A DNA stretch of 64,000 nucleotides, from contig CAWGSZ010000001.1 of the NCBI GenBank assembly GCA_963825295.1, forward strand, positions 293,298-357,297. The letters are read 5' to 3'. Source of the stretch: Vicinamibacterales bacterium. Lineage in GTDB: Bacteria; Acidobacteriota; Vicinamibacteria; Vicinamibacterales; JAMQPK01. This document shows positions 53,751 to 63,428 of the stretch, in pieces (the stretch's first letter is position 1; every line of letters begins with the position of its first letter). The notes under the pieces are model-generated. The model did not search any database. It saw only the letters and a program-made list of their open reading frames with translations, and was not told the DNA's origin. Made by a program: the position numbers and the translations under genes.

Positions 53751-55064
53751 TCATCGTGGCGGCGCGAACAGCTTGATGTCGACCGCCGATCCCATCGCCT
53801 GATAACCCGCCCGGTTGGGATGCAGTCGATCGCCCGCACCGCCGATGGTGCTGTTTGGCACGAACTCTTCGCGAAGGGCGCCTGTTTTCGGATCCACGGT
53901 CGCCGCGTCGAAGTCGGCCACGGCGTCGAAGAGGCCGCCGGTGCGGATGAAGCTGTTGACGGCCTGACGCCGCTGGTTGGCGTCAGCGGTGCCCGAGTTG
54001 CCGTTGGCCGTGAGCGACGGGGTGATCGTCGCGCCCACGATCTTGATCCCCTTCGCTTTGACGCGCGAGACGAGCTCGCGCAGGCCGGCGATGATGGCAT
54101 CGGCCGACGCGCCGGCGCTGATGTCGTTGATCCCTTCCAGCAGCACGACCGCCGACAGCCCGGACAAGGCAAGGACGTCGCGATCGAGCCGCTGCAACGC
54201 GGACGGCCCGCCGGGGAACGGCTGCGGGGGAGGATACGTGTCGGGCGTGAGAATGCGATTGCCGCCGATGCCGGCATTCACGACCGACACGCGGTTGCCG
54301 TAGGCGGCATGAAGCCGGCGCGAGAGCACGTCGGGCCAGCGGTCGTCGCCGTTCAGCGTCGACAGCGTGCCGTCTGTAATCGAATCGCCAAGCGCGCAGA
54401 CGACCACGGTGGCTGCGGGAGCCATGACATCCACGGCATCGAGAAAAAACCACGACGTGGTCGTGTAAGGAAACGCCTCGTCGGTTTCGTCGGCGCTGCG
54501 CACGCCGGAACGATGTCCGCTGAGATACGACGTCTGCAGGGCCTTGGCGTGCCAGGTCATCGGGCCAGTAGGTCCGGCGACATGGAACGAGATGGCGAGC
54601 TTGCGTCCTTCGGTCAACGCGCCAGCCGGCAATTTGAGATCGATCGCGTCGCTGTAGGTGGATGCGCCGGGTGCGACATCGACGCGTGGCGAGCTGTTGA
54701 AGTGCACGGGGCGATTGGTGCTCTTGACGATGTTCCCGCCGCTCGACGCGACGCCGACATGAACAGCATCGAAGGCAACGGGCTGCGTGCCAAACGTATT
54801 GGCGAGCCGGATGCGAAAGCGTTCGCCCCACAAATCGGGTTTCACGATGAGCCTGAAGGTCTGATCGACGGCGCCTTCGGCGGGCACAGGGAACGCGAAT
54901 TTCAGGTCGGGCTGTGCCGAAGGATTGCCGGAAGGATACGGCCCATGGACGGAGGCCGCCCACGTGGCCACCCACTTCTGTCCCGCCGGCATTCGCACCG
55001 GGGTTTGCGCGAACAGGACGGACGACAGGGCCACAATCAGCGCTGCCCGCGACAAGACGGTCAT
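53751..55064 (-). CDS. SGNH/GDSL hydrolase family protein, secreted
   Basis: Signal peptide from ATG 55064, an N-terminal beta-rich domain, then ALGDSITDG, GINDI and GDRLHPN blocks. Confidence 0.75.
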   Translation of the reverse strand: MTVLSRAALIVALSSVLFAQTPVRMPAGQKWVATWAASVHGPYPSGNPSAQPDLKFAFPVPAEGAVDQTFRLIVKPDLWGERFRIRLANTFGTQPVAFDAVHVGVASSGGNIVKSTNRPVHFNSSPRVDVAPGASTYSDAIDLKLPAGALTEGRKLAISFHVAGPTGPMTWHAKALQTSYLSGHRSGVRSADETDEAFPYTTTSWFFLDAVDVMAPAATVVVCALGDSITDGTLSTLNGDDRWPDVLSRRLHAAYGNRVSVVNAGIGGNRILTPDTYPPPQPFPGGPSALQRLDRDVLALSGLSAVVLLEGINDISAGASADAIIAGLRELVSRVKAKGIKIVGATITPSLTANGNSGTADANQRRQAVNSFIRTGGLFDAVADFDAATVDPKTGALREEFVPNSTIGGAGDRLHPNRAGYQAMGSAVDIKLFAPPR

Positions 55065-55148
55065 CTCAACGCAAAGACGCCAGGGCGCCAAGGACGTTTT
55101 TCGAAGATTGTCTTTGCGTCTTCGCGCCTTTGCGTTGAGACATGGAAG

Positions 55149-55532
55149 TCACAGCGCCGCCGCGAAGAACGCCAGGCAGGCCCAGCCGATGAGGAACCCC
55201 AGGCCGCCGATGGGCGTAATCGCCCCGAACATGCCGGTGCCCGTCAGCGCGAGCGCGTAGAGGCTTCCCGAGAAAATGAGCGTGCCGGCGATGAACGACC
55301 AGCCGGCGATCATGAGCAGCCGCAGCGGTCCGAAGTGCCCGATGGCCGCTGCGGTGATGAGCAGCGCGAAGACGTGATACATCTGGTACCGCACGCCGAT
55401 TTCGAAGACCGCCAGCATCTCTGGCGACAGCCGGTTACGCAATCCGTGCGCGCCGAACGCTCCGAACGCCACGCCGAGAAATCCAAGAATCGCCCCGATG
55501 AGTAGAAAACCCTTATGCATGTCTTTCGTCAT
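55149..55532 (-). CDS. DUF423 (YgdD/TMEM256-like) membrane protein
   Basis: GAFGAHGL.., VRYQMYHVFALL, SGSLYALALTG. Confidence 0.75.
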   Translation of the reverse strand: MTKDMHKGFLLIGAILGFLGVAFGAFGAHGLRNRLSPEMLAVFEIGVRYQMYHVFALLITAAAIGHFGPLRLLMIAGWSFIAGTLIFSGSLYALALTGTGMFGAITPIGGLGFLIGWACLAFFAAAL

Positions 55533-55620
55533 GGCAAATGGCACATGGCAAATAGCAAAAATTGGCATGGATGATGGCGTGTTCTGCCATGTGCCATTTG
55601 CCATCTGCCATCTGCCATGA
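55531..55620. repeat. inverted heptamer array (ATGGCAN x4 / GCCATNT x5)
   Basis: ATGGCAA ATGGCAC ATGGCAA ATAGCAA, a loop, then GCCATGT GCCATTT GCCATCT GCCATCT GCCATGA. It uses the same unit family as 2722-2783. Confidence 0.9.
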
Positions 55621-55637
55621 CACGTTACTTCAGCACG

Positions 55638-57618
55638 TCACTCGCGCTCCGCCTGCGTCATCATGGCTGCCGCATCCTCTTGCAGAAGATAGCCACTCGC
55701 GCGACGAGCGTGTCGGCCGCGGTTTTCACCGCGCGCACGTAGCCGTCGTGATCGGTGTAGCGCTCCTCGAGCGACAGGCGCGGATCGCCGCTCGCCACGC
55801 GCTCGGCTTTGGTTTTCGCGAACGGGATGAACCCGCCGATGGGCGACCCGCCGATGCACAACTGGCCCTTGTACACGCCCGAGGTCGTCACGTTCCAGCC
55901 GGTGTAGGTGCCGAGCGGGGCCATCAGCAGCGGCGATCGGATGCCCGCGACTTCGTTGCCATCGGCATCGACGCGTACCACGAGCTGCGGCAGCGTGCTC
56001 TTCACGACGGGGAGCTTCGCGACGACGCCCGACTGATCGTTGTAGCGGAAATGCGGCCCGAGATCGTAGTTGATGAGCGCGTGCTGCAGTCCTTCCGGCG
56101 AGGGTTTGCCGGGGATGACCGGAAAGCCCATCGCGGCCGTCGTGTTCGGCACCAGCGTGCCGTCCGCGATGCTCGGGTATTTGCTTGGCCGGCATCGGCG
56201 TGTTCTTCGTGACCCATGCGGCCAGCCCCTTCAGCAGCGCCGTGCGCATCGGGCCGACCGGCGCAGGATTGGACGACAGCGCGCACGATGGCACCGGGTT
56301 CGTGGAGACGGCGAACCCGCCGGGCCCGCCGCCGTGCGACACGCCCGCGAAATAGTAGCGCCGGACGTTGTCTGGAATGGGAATGTCGGCTTTGGCTGTC
56401 GTCCCGACGAGCGTGAACGACTGGCGCAGGCCCCACACTTCGGCGGCCCCGAATGTCTCGGCGATCTTCGGACAGGTATTGGTGGCGCGGCACCGGTCGA
56501 GCAGGCTTGCGGCAGGACGCTGGCGCGCGGTGTCTTCCCACTTCGTCCACCACACAGGTCCTTCGTGTCCGAGCTCGGTACGGCCACACGAGCCCCCCTG
56601 GAAACGCGAAGCGGCGATTCAAGTCGGTGAACCGCGCGGAGATGTGGGGGTTCATGCCATCCCACACGATGCGGCCCCGCTCGTCCTGGTTGAAGCCGAG
56701 CAGCAGGGACAGTTTGAGGAAAGTGCCCGACTGCGAGCTGCCTTCCGCGATCGCGTGGGTGATGCGTCCGGCAACCGGATTCGCGGTGCCCGACGCGTCC
56801 TGCTTTTCATACCGGAAGAACGAACCCAGGTCGCGCGTCGCCGCGAGACCGATCCCGAGCACGAGCGGATCCTTCACCGTGTACTGAAGCTCGTACAGCA
56901 GCGCCGGGTCGAAACCGTTCTTCACGCAAATGCGGGACGGGTCGGGTTTGCCCGGAAACGGCGTCGTCGTGCAATCGGCAAACGCCCAATCGGCGCCGGC
57001 AATGTTCACGACGCCGCTCTTTTCGCCCGTGGCTTCGGATTCCGATGTCGCCGAGACGAGACTCGCCTTGGCAGTGTCGAGCGACGCGGGCGGATACGGA
57101 GACGGCTGACCGCGCGGGATCATCAGCGCCGTCGTATTGCCCTTGAGGTTCGTGAAGCGCAGCAGCAGCGGACCGGTGATGCTCGATCCGTCGCGATTTC
57201 TTGCGACCGGAACGCGGATGGTCTGATTGTCGGCGGTGGGCACGACATCGCCCTGCCAGCCGCTGACGAGCGTGACGTGGCCATCGGGATGCAGCGGGGC
57301 GTTGCCGTTGCCACGGTTCACGACCGTGTACACGAGCACGCCGCTCGCCAGCGCCATGTCCTTCGGCTTCACCAGCGAGAACGTGGCGACGTATTCCACC
57401 TTGCCGCGCTCGTTGCGCGGCGCGAGCGCGATGTCGGTGATGACGGCGTTCTTCGGATCGGCGGGATCGAGCTCGCCGTAGGCCTTCCCCGAGATTTTTT
57501 CGTGAGCGGGGCCGGCAGGCTCGACCTTCGTGATTTCCAGCCGCACGACGCTGGCATGCACGGCCGAACCGGCCCACAGAAGAACGCCGACCGCCGCAAG
57601 GATTCTCAGGCCAGACAT
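55638..57618 (-). pseudogene. secreted alpha/beta-hydrolase-domain family protein, 3 frameshifts
   Basis: Continuous protein sense requires frame changes at about 56593 (a run of six C), about 56190 (CCGGCC) and about 55697. The pieces are ORFs 56002..57618, 55638..56555 and 55661..56152. Confidence 0.6.
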
Positions 57619-57684
57619 AGAACGCCTCCGCGAGGATTATCGCGTAAGATGTGTCGTCCAACCCTCACAAAAAGGGGCAGTCCC

Positions 57685-58438
57685 ATGCTGGCCTTTCTGA
57701 TCGTTACCGCCGCAACGTCGATGGCCCTGGCGCAGGCGCCCGCGCCCGCCGGCGGGCCGCCGCCGCCGAACGGCGAGCAGCTTTACAAACAGAACTGCAT
57801 CGAGTGCCATGGCCCGGAAGGCGACGAGGTCCCCGATGTCGATCTGGGCCGCGGACGTTTCCGGCGCGCCACGACCGACCCGGAGCTCGTCGGAATCGTG
57901 TTGCGCGGCATTCCGAACACCGCGATGCCGCCGAACAACTTTTCCGAAGCGCAGGCTTCGGCCATCGTCCAGTACCCTTCGGGCCAAGGCGAGCCGCGCG
58001 GCGGCCAGCGCGGGCAATGCCGCGAACGGGCGGGCACTGTTTACGGGAAAGGGGACCTGCACGACCTGTCACCGCGTGAACGGCTCGGGTGCGCGCACCG
58101 CCCCCGATTTGAGCGGCATCGGGCGGCTGCGCAACTCGACCGATATCGAGCGCGCGATCCTGGAACCCGATTTCGCGGTGGCTCCGAGCAACCGCTTTGT
58201 CAGGCTCGTGACCCGCGACGGCACCACCATTACCGGACGGATGCTGAATCAGGACATGTTCACGGTGCAGCTCATCGACTCGAAAGAGCAACTCCGGTCG
58301 CTGATGCGAGCCGACCTCAAGGAGTTCACGTTCGTCGACAGGTCGTCCATGCCGTCGTATCGCGGAAAGCTCTCGCCGGGTGAAATCGCCGACCTCGTCA
58401 GTTATCTCGTCTCGCTCCAGGGCGGAGGTGCGCAATGA
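57685..58438 (+). pseudogene. di-heme c-type cytochrome, frame broken near 57976
   Basis: Signal peptide plus CIECH (frame 1), then ..GRALFTGKGTCTTCHRVNGSGARTAPDLSGIG..SSMPSY (frame 2). One extra C in a CCC run separates them. Confidence 0.7.
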
Positions 58439-58444
58439 GAGTAC

Positions 58445-60091
58445 GTGATGCTGGCGTTCGTGTTCGCCGCCGCGGCGGTTGTTTCGCTGCAGGCGCAGGT
58501 GACCTTCGATCGGCTGCTGAACGCGGCAAAGGAGCCGCAGAACTGGTTGACGTATTCCGGCACCTATTTCAGCCAGCGGCACAGCGAGCTCGTGCAGATT
58601 ACGCCCGAGAACGTGAAGAATCTCGAGCCGGCGTGGATCTACCAGCTGAACTCGCGCGAGCCGACGAGCACGCGCTTCGAAGTGACGCCGGTGGTCGTCG
58701 ACGGCATCATGTACATCGTGCAGCCGCCGAACGACATCATCGCGCTCGACGCCGTGACCGGCCGTCCGTTCTGGACCTACACGTACAACCCCTCACAGCA
58801 GGCGCGGCCGTGCTGCGGCCGATTGAATCGTGGCGTGGCGATCCATGGAGACCGGCTCTTCATGGGCACGATCGACGGCCACATGATCGCGATCGACGCG
58901 AAAACCGGCGCGCAACTGTGGGACGTCACCGTCGTGCGGCCGGAAGCCGGCTATGCGTTTGCCTCGGCGCCGCTCGTCATCAAGGACAAGGTCATTATGG
59001 GTCCCGCGGGCGGCGAATACGGCATTCGCGGGTTTCTGGCCGCGTTCGACGTCGCGACGGGAAAAGAAGCCTGGAGGTTCAATCTCGTCCCCGGTCCGGG
59101 AGAGCCCGGCTTCGATACATGGCAGGGCGATTCGTGGAAGACCGGCGGGGCCTCGATCTGGCTGACGGGATCGTATGACCCCGAATCGAATCTCACGTAC
59201 TGGGGCGTGGGGAATCCGGGGCCCGACTGGAACGGCGACAATCGCGAGGGCGACAACCTCTATAGCAACAGCGTGGTCGCGCTCGACGCCGACACTGGAA
59301 AACTGAAGTGGCACTTCCAGTTCTCACCGCACGACGAGTTCGATTACGACGCCGTGCAGATTCCCGTGCTGGCCGATGCCCAATGGCAGGGGAAGCCGCG
59401 CAAGCTGATGTACTTCGCCAACCGCAACGGGTACTTCTACGTGCTCGATCGCGTCACCGGCCAGTTTCTCTCGGGGAAACCGTTCGTCGAGGTGAACTGG
59501 GCCTCGGGCCTCGATCCGAACACCGGCCGTCCGATCCGCATCGCCGGCAAGGCGCCGAGCGCGCCACCCGGCACGTTGATCTTTCCCGGGAATCAGGGCG
59601 GCACCAACTGGTATTCGCCGTCGTACAGCCCGCGCACGGGTCTCTTCTACATTCCCACGTGGGCGAACTACAGCAGCCTCTACGTGAGAGACAAAGTCGA
59701 GTACGTCGAAGGCCGGAGGTTCGCGGGAGGTGGCGGGCGCGCGCCGGTTCCCGGCATTCGGTCGGGACAGGGCGGCTACAGCTGGGCCAAACCTGAAGAG
59801 GGCTACGGTGCGGTGCGCGCCATCGACCCGAACACCGGTGCGCTGCGCTGGGAATACAAGATGAGCGATCTCACCTGGGCCGGCGTGCTGACGACCGCGT
59901 CGAACGTGTTGTTCAGCGGCAGCGGCGAAGGGTACTTCTTCGCGCTCGATGCGCGCACCGGCGCGCTTCTGTGGAAGTCGCAACTGGGTGCGACGATCCG
60001 GTCCGGTCCGATGAGCTATGCCGTGAACGGCAAGCAGCACGTCGCGGTGACGTCGGGCAGCGGGCTGTTCGTGTTCAAGCTGCGCGAGTAG
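58445..60091 (+). CDS. PQQ-dependent dehydrogenase, methanol/ethanol family (Cys-Cys pair and D-Y-D motif)
   Basis: Signal peptide, vicinal CC at 58811-58816, GGASIWLTGSYDP, WGVGNPGPDW, and HDEFDYD with D-Y-D at 59342-59350. Confidence 0.85.
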   Translation: MMLAFVFAAAAVVSLQAQVTFDRLLNAAKEPQNWLTYSGTYFSQRHSELVQITPENVKNLEPAWIYQLNSREPTSTRFEVTPVVVDGIMYIVQPPNDIIALDAVTGRPFWTYTYNPSQQARPCCGRLNRGVAIHGDRLFMGTIDGHMIAIDAKTGAQLWDVTVVRPEAGYAFASAPLVIKDKVIMGPAGGEYGIRGFLAAFDVATGKEAWRFNLVPGPGEPGFDTWQGDSWKTGGASIWLTGSYDPESNLTYWGVGNPGPDWNGDNREGDNLYSNSVVALDADTGKLKWHFQFSPHDEFDYDAVQIPVLADAQWQGKPRKLMYFANRNGYFYVLDRVTGQFLSGKPFVEVNWASGLDPNTGRPIRIAGKAPSAPPGTLIFPGNQGGTNWYSPSYSPRTGLFYIPTWANYSSLYVRDKVEYVEGRRFAGGGGRAPVPGIRSGQGGYSWAKPEEGYGAVRAIDPNTGALRWEYKMSDLTWAGVLTTASNVLFSGSGEGYFFALDARTGALLWKSQLGATIRSGPMSYAVNGKQHVAVTSGSGLFVFKLRE

Positions 60092-60110
60092 AAACCGGAC
60101 ACGCTCAGAG

Positions 60111-60178
60111 GAAAGATAAGAAACAGAAGATCACGAAGATCAGAAGCTTTTGATCTTCTGATCTCTCTGTTGTTTTTC
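60111..60178. terminator. hairpin-forming GATCAGAAG-type array followed by a T-run (possible bidirectional terminator)
   Basis: ..CAGAAGATCACGAAGATCAGAAG|CTTTTGATCTTCTGATCTCT.. then GTTGTTTTTCG. It lies between convergent stops at 60091 (+) and 60199 (-). Confidence 0.5.
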
Positions 60179-60198
60179 GTGGCTGTGTTGTTCGTTGG

Positions 60199-60916
60199 CT
60201 ATTTGTACGTCTGGAGATCTTTCCGATTGCAGCCAGGTGGCAACGCTACGGTGGGCGGCTTGTCGCCGGCGTAGCACTTCGGAATGACGTACATCGGTTT
60301 TGCGGTCGCTCCCAGGGCGGGCACGACGATGAACGCCGGTCTGGTGGAGACGAGCTGCATGTTGCCGCGATAGCGCAGAATTTCGCCCGGGTCGATCACC
60401 ACGCTGAACGTGGACGCTTCATAACCGGTTCCGCGCAGTTCGATGCGGTGCGCCCCTGTCGGGATGATCATGGGCCTGCCTCGCAGGCCGAAATCTTCCG
60501 CGAGGCCCTCGTAAAAGCCGTCGATGAAGACCTCGACGCCATCCGGAATCGTTTCCAGGACGAGACCACCGTGCTGGACGGGCAGCGGCGGGTTCGGGTA
60601 GTAGCTCACGTAGTCGCCCGGACGCCAGTAGGGATAGTACGAGTAGGTACGGCCCGTATGGTCCCGGAATGTAGATCGGCGGCCTGACGATGGGTGGAGA
60701 GGCCGGATACCGGCTGCCGGCCGCATATCGATCAGATCCATCCGGCGATTGATACAGGTCCGGGCCCGCCGGATGCATCCCCGCGAACGGGTCCGGCACG
60801 GTGAGCGATACCGGCGGTGCCGGCGGGGGTGGAACCGGAGGCTGCTGTGCCCGAAGCGGCGCCACGGTGGCGACGAGCAGAATGGGCGCCAGCAGCACGC
60901 GGAAACCAGCGGTCAT
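60199..60916 (-). pseudogene. PEGA-domain protein with a Pro-rich N-terminal region, frame broken near 60646
   Basis: Signal peptide MTAGFRVLLAPILLVATVAPLRAQ..PIYIPGPYGPY|YSYYPYWRPGDY..LVLETIPDGVEVFIDGFYEG. One extra base separates ORFs 60419..60916 and 60199..60741. Confidence 0.6.
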
Positions 60917-60987
60917 GTGGAGCTGATTTCTATACTAGTCCGCGATCGCCCGTTTGTCATGGAGGTTTTCGAAACCTGGATGACCAG

Positions 60988-61884
60988 CTAATGGCGGGCC
61001 CACTCGCGCGCCACGACCGATTCGAGCGTCTGTTTGAGCCGGTCGGCGGTGGGCGACAGGGAGCGTCCGGCGCGCATGATAATGCCGATGCGGCGCGTCA
61101 GTTTTTCGCCGCGGATACGGAGCTGGTGCAGGCGGCTGGGCACCGCCATCGACTCGGGCAGGACGCCGATCCCCAGGCCGGCCTGTGTAAACCCTGCGAC
61201 GGATGTGCCGTAGGTTGTTTCGTACGCCACGTTGCCGACGAGGCCTTCACGGTCGAACGCAAGGTCGACGATTTGCCGGCTGCTGCTGTCCTTGACCATG
61301 AGAATCAACGGATGCTTCGCGAGCTCGTGAAGCGTCATGCTGCGCTTCCGGGCCAGCGGATGATTCGACGCCACTACCGCGCAGAGCCGATCCATCATGA
61401 GCACCTGGCTCGTCAGCTCGCGGTCGCCGTAGGTCTGGCTGCTGATGCCGAAGTCGACCTGGCCGGACTTGACCATTGCCGCCACGGTCGAGGCCACGCC
61501 GTCGTAAATACGTACGGTGATTCCCGGATACTCTTCCGTAAGCTTCTTGATGGCTCGCGGCAGGAGGCCGGCAGCCACTGACGGCAACGCGGCGACCGTG
61601 ACGAGGCCCCGCCGGTGCTCGAGCAGCTCTTCGGTGCTGGTGGCGATCGCCTCGACGTCGATGAGAATACGCTCGAGCGGCACCAGCAGGTCGCGGCCGG
61701 CCTGAGTGAGGGCGACATGGCGCTTGTTCCGGTCGAAGAGCTTGACGCCCAGCCCGGTCTCGAGCTGCTGAATTTGGACCGTCAGCGTGGGCTGCGACAT
61801 ATGAAGCTCGCTGGCCGCGCGGGTAAAGCTGCCGGCCCGCGCCAGTGCGAGGAAGGCGCGGATGAGTCGGAGGTCGTGGATCAC
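60988..61884 (-). CDS. LysR family transcriptional regulator
   Basis: N-terminal HTH LRLIRAFLALARAGSFTRAASELHMSQPTLTVQIQQLE plus a substrate-binding domain. Confidence 0.9.
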   Translation of the reverse strand: MIHDLRLIRAFLALARAGSFTRAASELHMSQPTLTVQIQQLETGLGVKLFDRNKRHVALTQAGRDLLVPLERILIDVEAIATSTEELLEHRRGLVTVAALPSVAAGLLPRAIKKLTEEYPGITVRIYDGVASTVAAMVKSGQVDFGISSQTYGDRELTSQVLMMDRLCAVVASNHPLARKRSMTLHELAKHPLILMVKDSSSRQIVDLAFDREGLVGNVAYETTYGTSVAGFTQAGLGIGVLPESMAVPSRLHQLRIRGEKLTRRIGIIMRAGRSLSPTADRLKQTLESVVAREWARH

Positions 61885-62276
61885 GGTACCGTTATTATTT
61901 TTCGTAATTACTGAAATCAGAACAATTCAATTGTCTAATTCTCAGGTGGTTGATACATTTTGATACGTGCCGACAAGCAACTGCGTCCCGTTCGATCGCA
62001 CGCGCGGTCGCGCGACGCGGGAGAAATGCGTGTCCGTGGAGCAGATGACCGAGATGTTCGACCATCTCAGTCCGGCCCAGTACGCGTTCCTGAGCGGGGT
62101 GCTTGCGATCCTCGCGGAACATGGCGAAGAAGCCCTCACCAAGTCCTGCGAAATGGTGCTCGAACGATTCGGAAGCCGTCACGCGGGTTGAGATCATGGA
62201 GAATCTTTCGGTATCCGCCAGACGTCTGCCCGCATCCCAGGCCACACGCTGGACCTCTGTCAGAATTGTGCCGCCG

Positions 62277-62834
62277 ATGAATCTCGTATTCTTCGGGCCC
62301 CCTGGCGCCGGCAAGGGCACGCAGGCCGACCGGTTTGCCGCCAACCATCGCATCCCGAAGATTTCCACCGGCGACATGCTTCGTCAGGCCGTGGCCGACG
62401 GCTCTCGCATCGGGACACTCGTGCGCGACACGCTGCAGTCCGGCGCGCTGGTGACCGACGAGCTCATCATTTCGCTGGTGGCCGAGCGGCTCGAACAGCC
62501 GGATACGGCCGGCGGGTTCGTGCTCGACGGGTTTCCGCGCACCATTCCCCAGGCGGCGGCGCTCGACGCGATGCTCGCCGAGCGGGGCGGCGTGAACGTC
62601 GTCGCGCTCGTGGTCCATGCCGACGAAGTCGTCCGGCGGCTCGCCGTGCGCGGGCGTGAGGACGACGGCGCGTGGGTGATCAAGGAAAGGCTCCGGGTGT
62701 ACTCCCGCGAAACCGAGCCCGTGCTCGAGTTCTATCGCCGGCGCGGCGCGGTAACGATCCTCGACGGCAACCGTCCGCTCGACGAAGTGACCGCTGCGAT
62801 TGAAGCAGCGGTTACGAGAGGGCTGAAGGCTTAG
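62277..62834 (+). CDS. adk: adenylate kinase (short-lid type)
   Basis: P-loop FFGPPGAGKGTQ, ISTGDMLR, GFVLDGFPRT. ATG at 62277. The stop codon lies inside the heptamer array. Confidence 0.85.
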   Translation: MNLVFFGPPGAGKGTQADRFAANHRIPKISTGDMLRQAVADGSRIGTLVRDTLQSGALVTDELIISLVAERLEQPDTAGGFVLDGFPRTIPQAAALDAMLAERGGVNVVALVVHADEVVRRLAVRGREDDGAWVIKERLRVYSRETEPVLEFYRRRGAVTILDGNRPLDEVTAAIEAAVTRGLKA

Positions 62835-63427
62835 GGCTCAGGGCTTAGGGCTCAGAGCTTAGGGTTTTGCACCTCGAGATGGCGACGCCTGCGCCGTCTT
62901 GATCGCCGCGACGATCATGGCCCGTAGCTCGCCGGCCTCCTTCAGTTCCCAATCGACTTCCTCTGCTTTGACCTTGCCGAGCTTTACCGCGACGCGCAGC
63001 CAGTAGCGGCTCTCGCGCGATTCCTTTCGAGAGATCGCCATCTTTGCGATGAAGTCGGGCTTGGTCTGACCATCCTGCGCTTCCTCTGCGTTGGCCCCGA
63101 CCGAAGCACCGCACCGCATCAACTCCGACGCGATATGACGCGCAGCAGGTCCGCGATCCCACAGTCTTTCTGATAGTTGCATCACTCGACAACCGAACTC
63201 GAACGCCCGCGTGCAGATAGTCGACTCGCTCATAGCGTTCGTGTGTCTTCAAATACGCCGCCATTTCTTGACTGCATAGATTCCGGAGGTTTTTCTTCCG
63301 GTTGGCAGTCTTTGCCACGTCAAGTCGACACCGACGTTGGAGAATGTTTGAAGCTGGATCACGATTAACCCTCAACCCTTAAGCCCTCAGCCCTCAGCCC
63401 TCAGCCCTTAGCCCTTAGCCCTTTCAG
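62821..63427. mobile_element. hypothesised IVS-like cassette: inverted GGCTNAG heptamer arms enclosing a four-helix-bundle gene
   Basis: Left arm 62821-62869 has 7 units of GGCTNAG. Right arm 63365-63427 has 9 units of CTNAGCC (the reverse complement). A single antisense ORF lies between them. The right arm abuts a truncated gene. Confidence 0.4.
62859..63233 (-). CDS. four-helix-bundle protein (23S rRNA intervening-sequence protein / Avd-like family)
   Basis: ..FEFGCRVMQLSERL..ELMRCGASVGANAEEAQDGQTKPDFIAKMAISRKESRESRYWLRV.. The TAA stop lies in the last units of the left array. Confidence 0.75.
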   Translation of the reverse strand: MSESTICTRAFEFGCRVMQLSERLWDRGPAARHIASELMRCGASVGANAEEAQDGQTKPDFIAKMAISRKESRESRYWLRVAVKLGKVKAEEVDWELKEAGELRAMIVAAIKTAQASPSRGAKP

Positions 63428-63428
63428 A

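Noticed and set aside
53651-54277. N-terminal extension of the M23 peptidase ORF (665 aa), and the 671-aa ORF 56368..58383.
   Set aside because: The extensions are antisense to the SGNH hydrolase and alpha/beta-hydrolase genes respectively and are compositionally biased. Real starts with signal/TM segments lie at 53650 and 57685.
61967-62191. Small ORF (74 aa; internal ATG at 62045 gives 49 aa, MTEMFDHLSPAQYAF..) between the LysR gene and adk.
   Set aside because: Its codon usage is compatible with coding, but it has no motif, no RBS and no known family. It is not reported as a feature and is left open.
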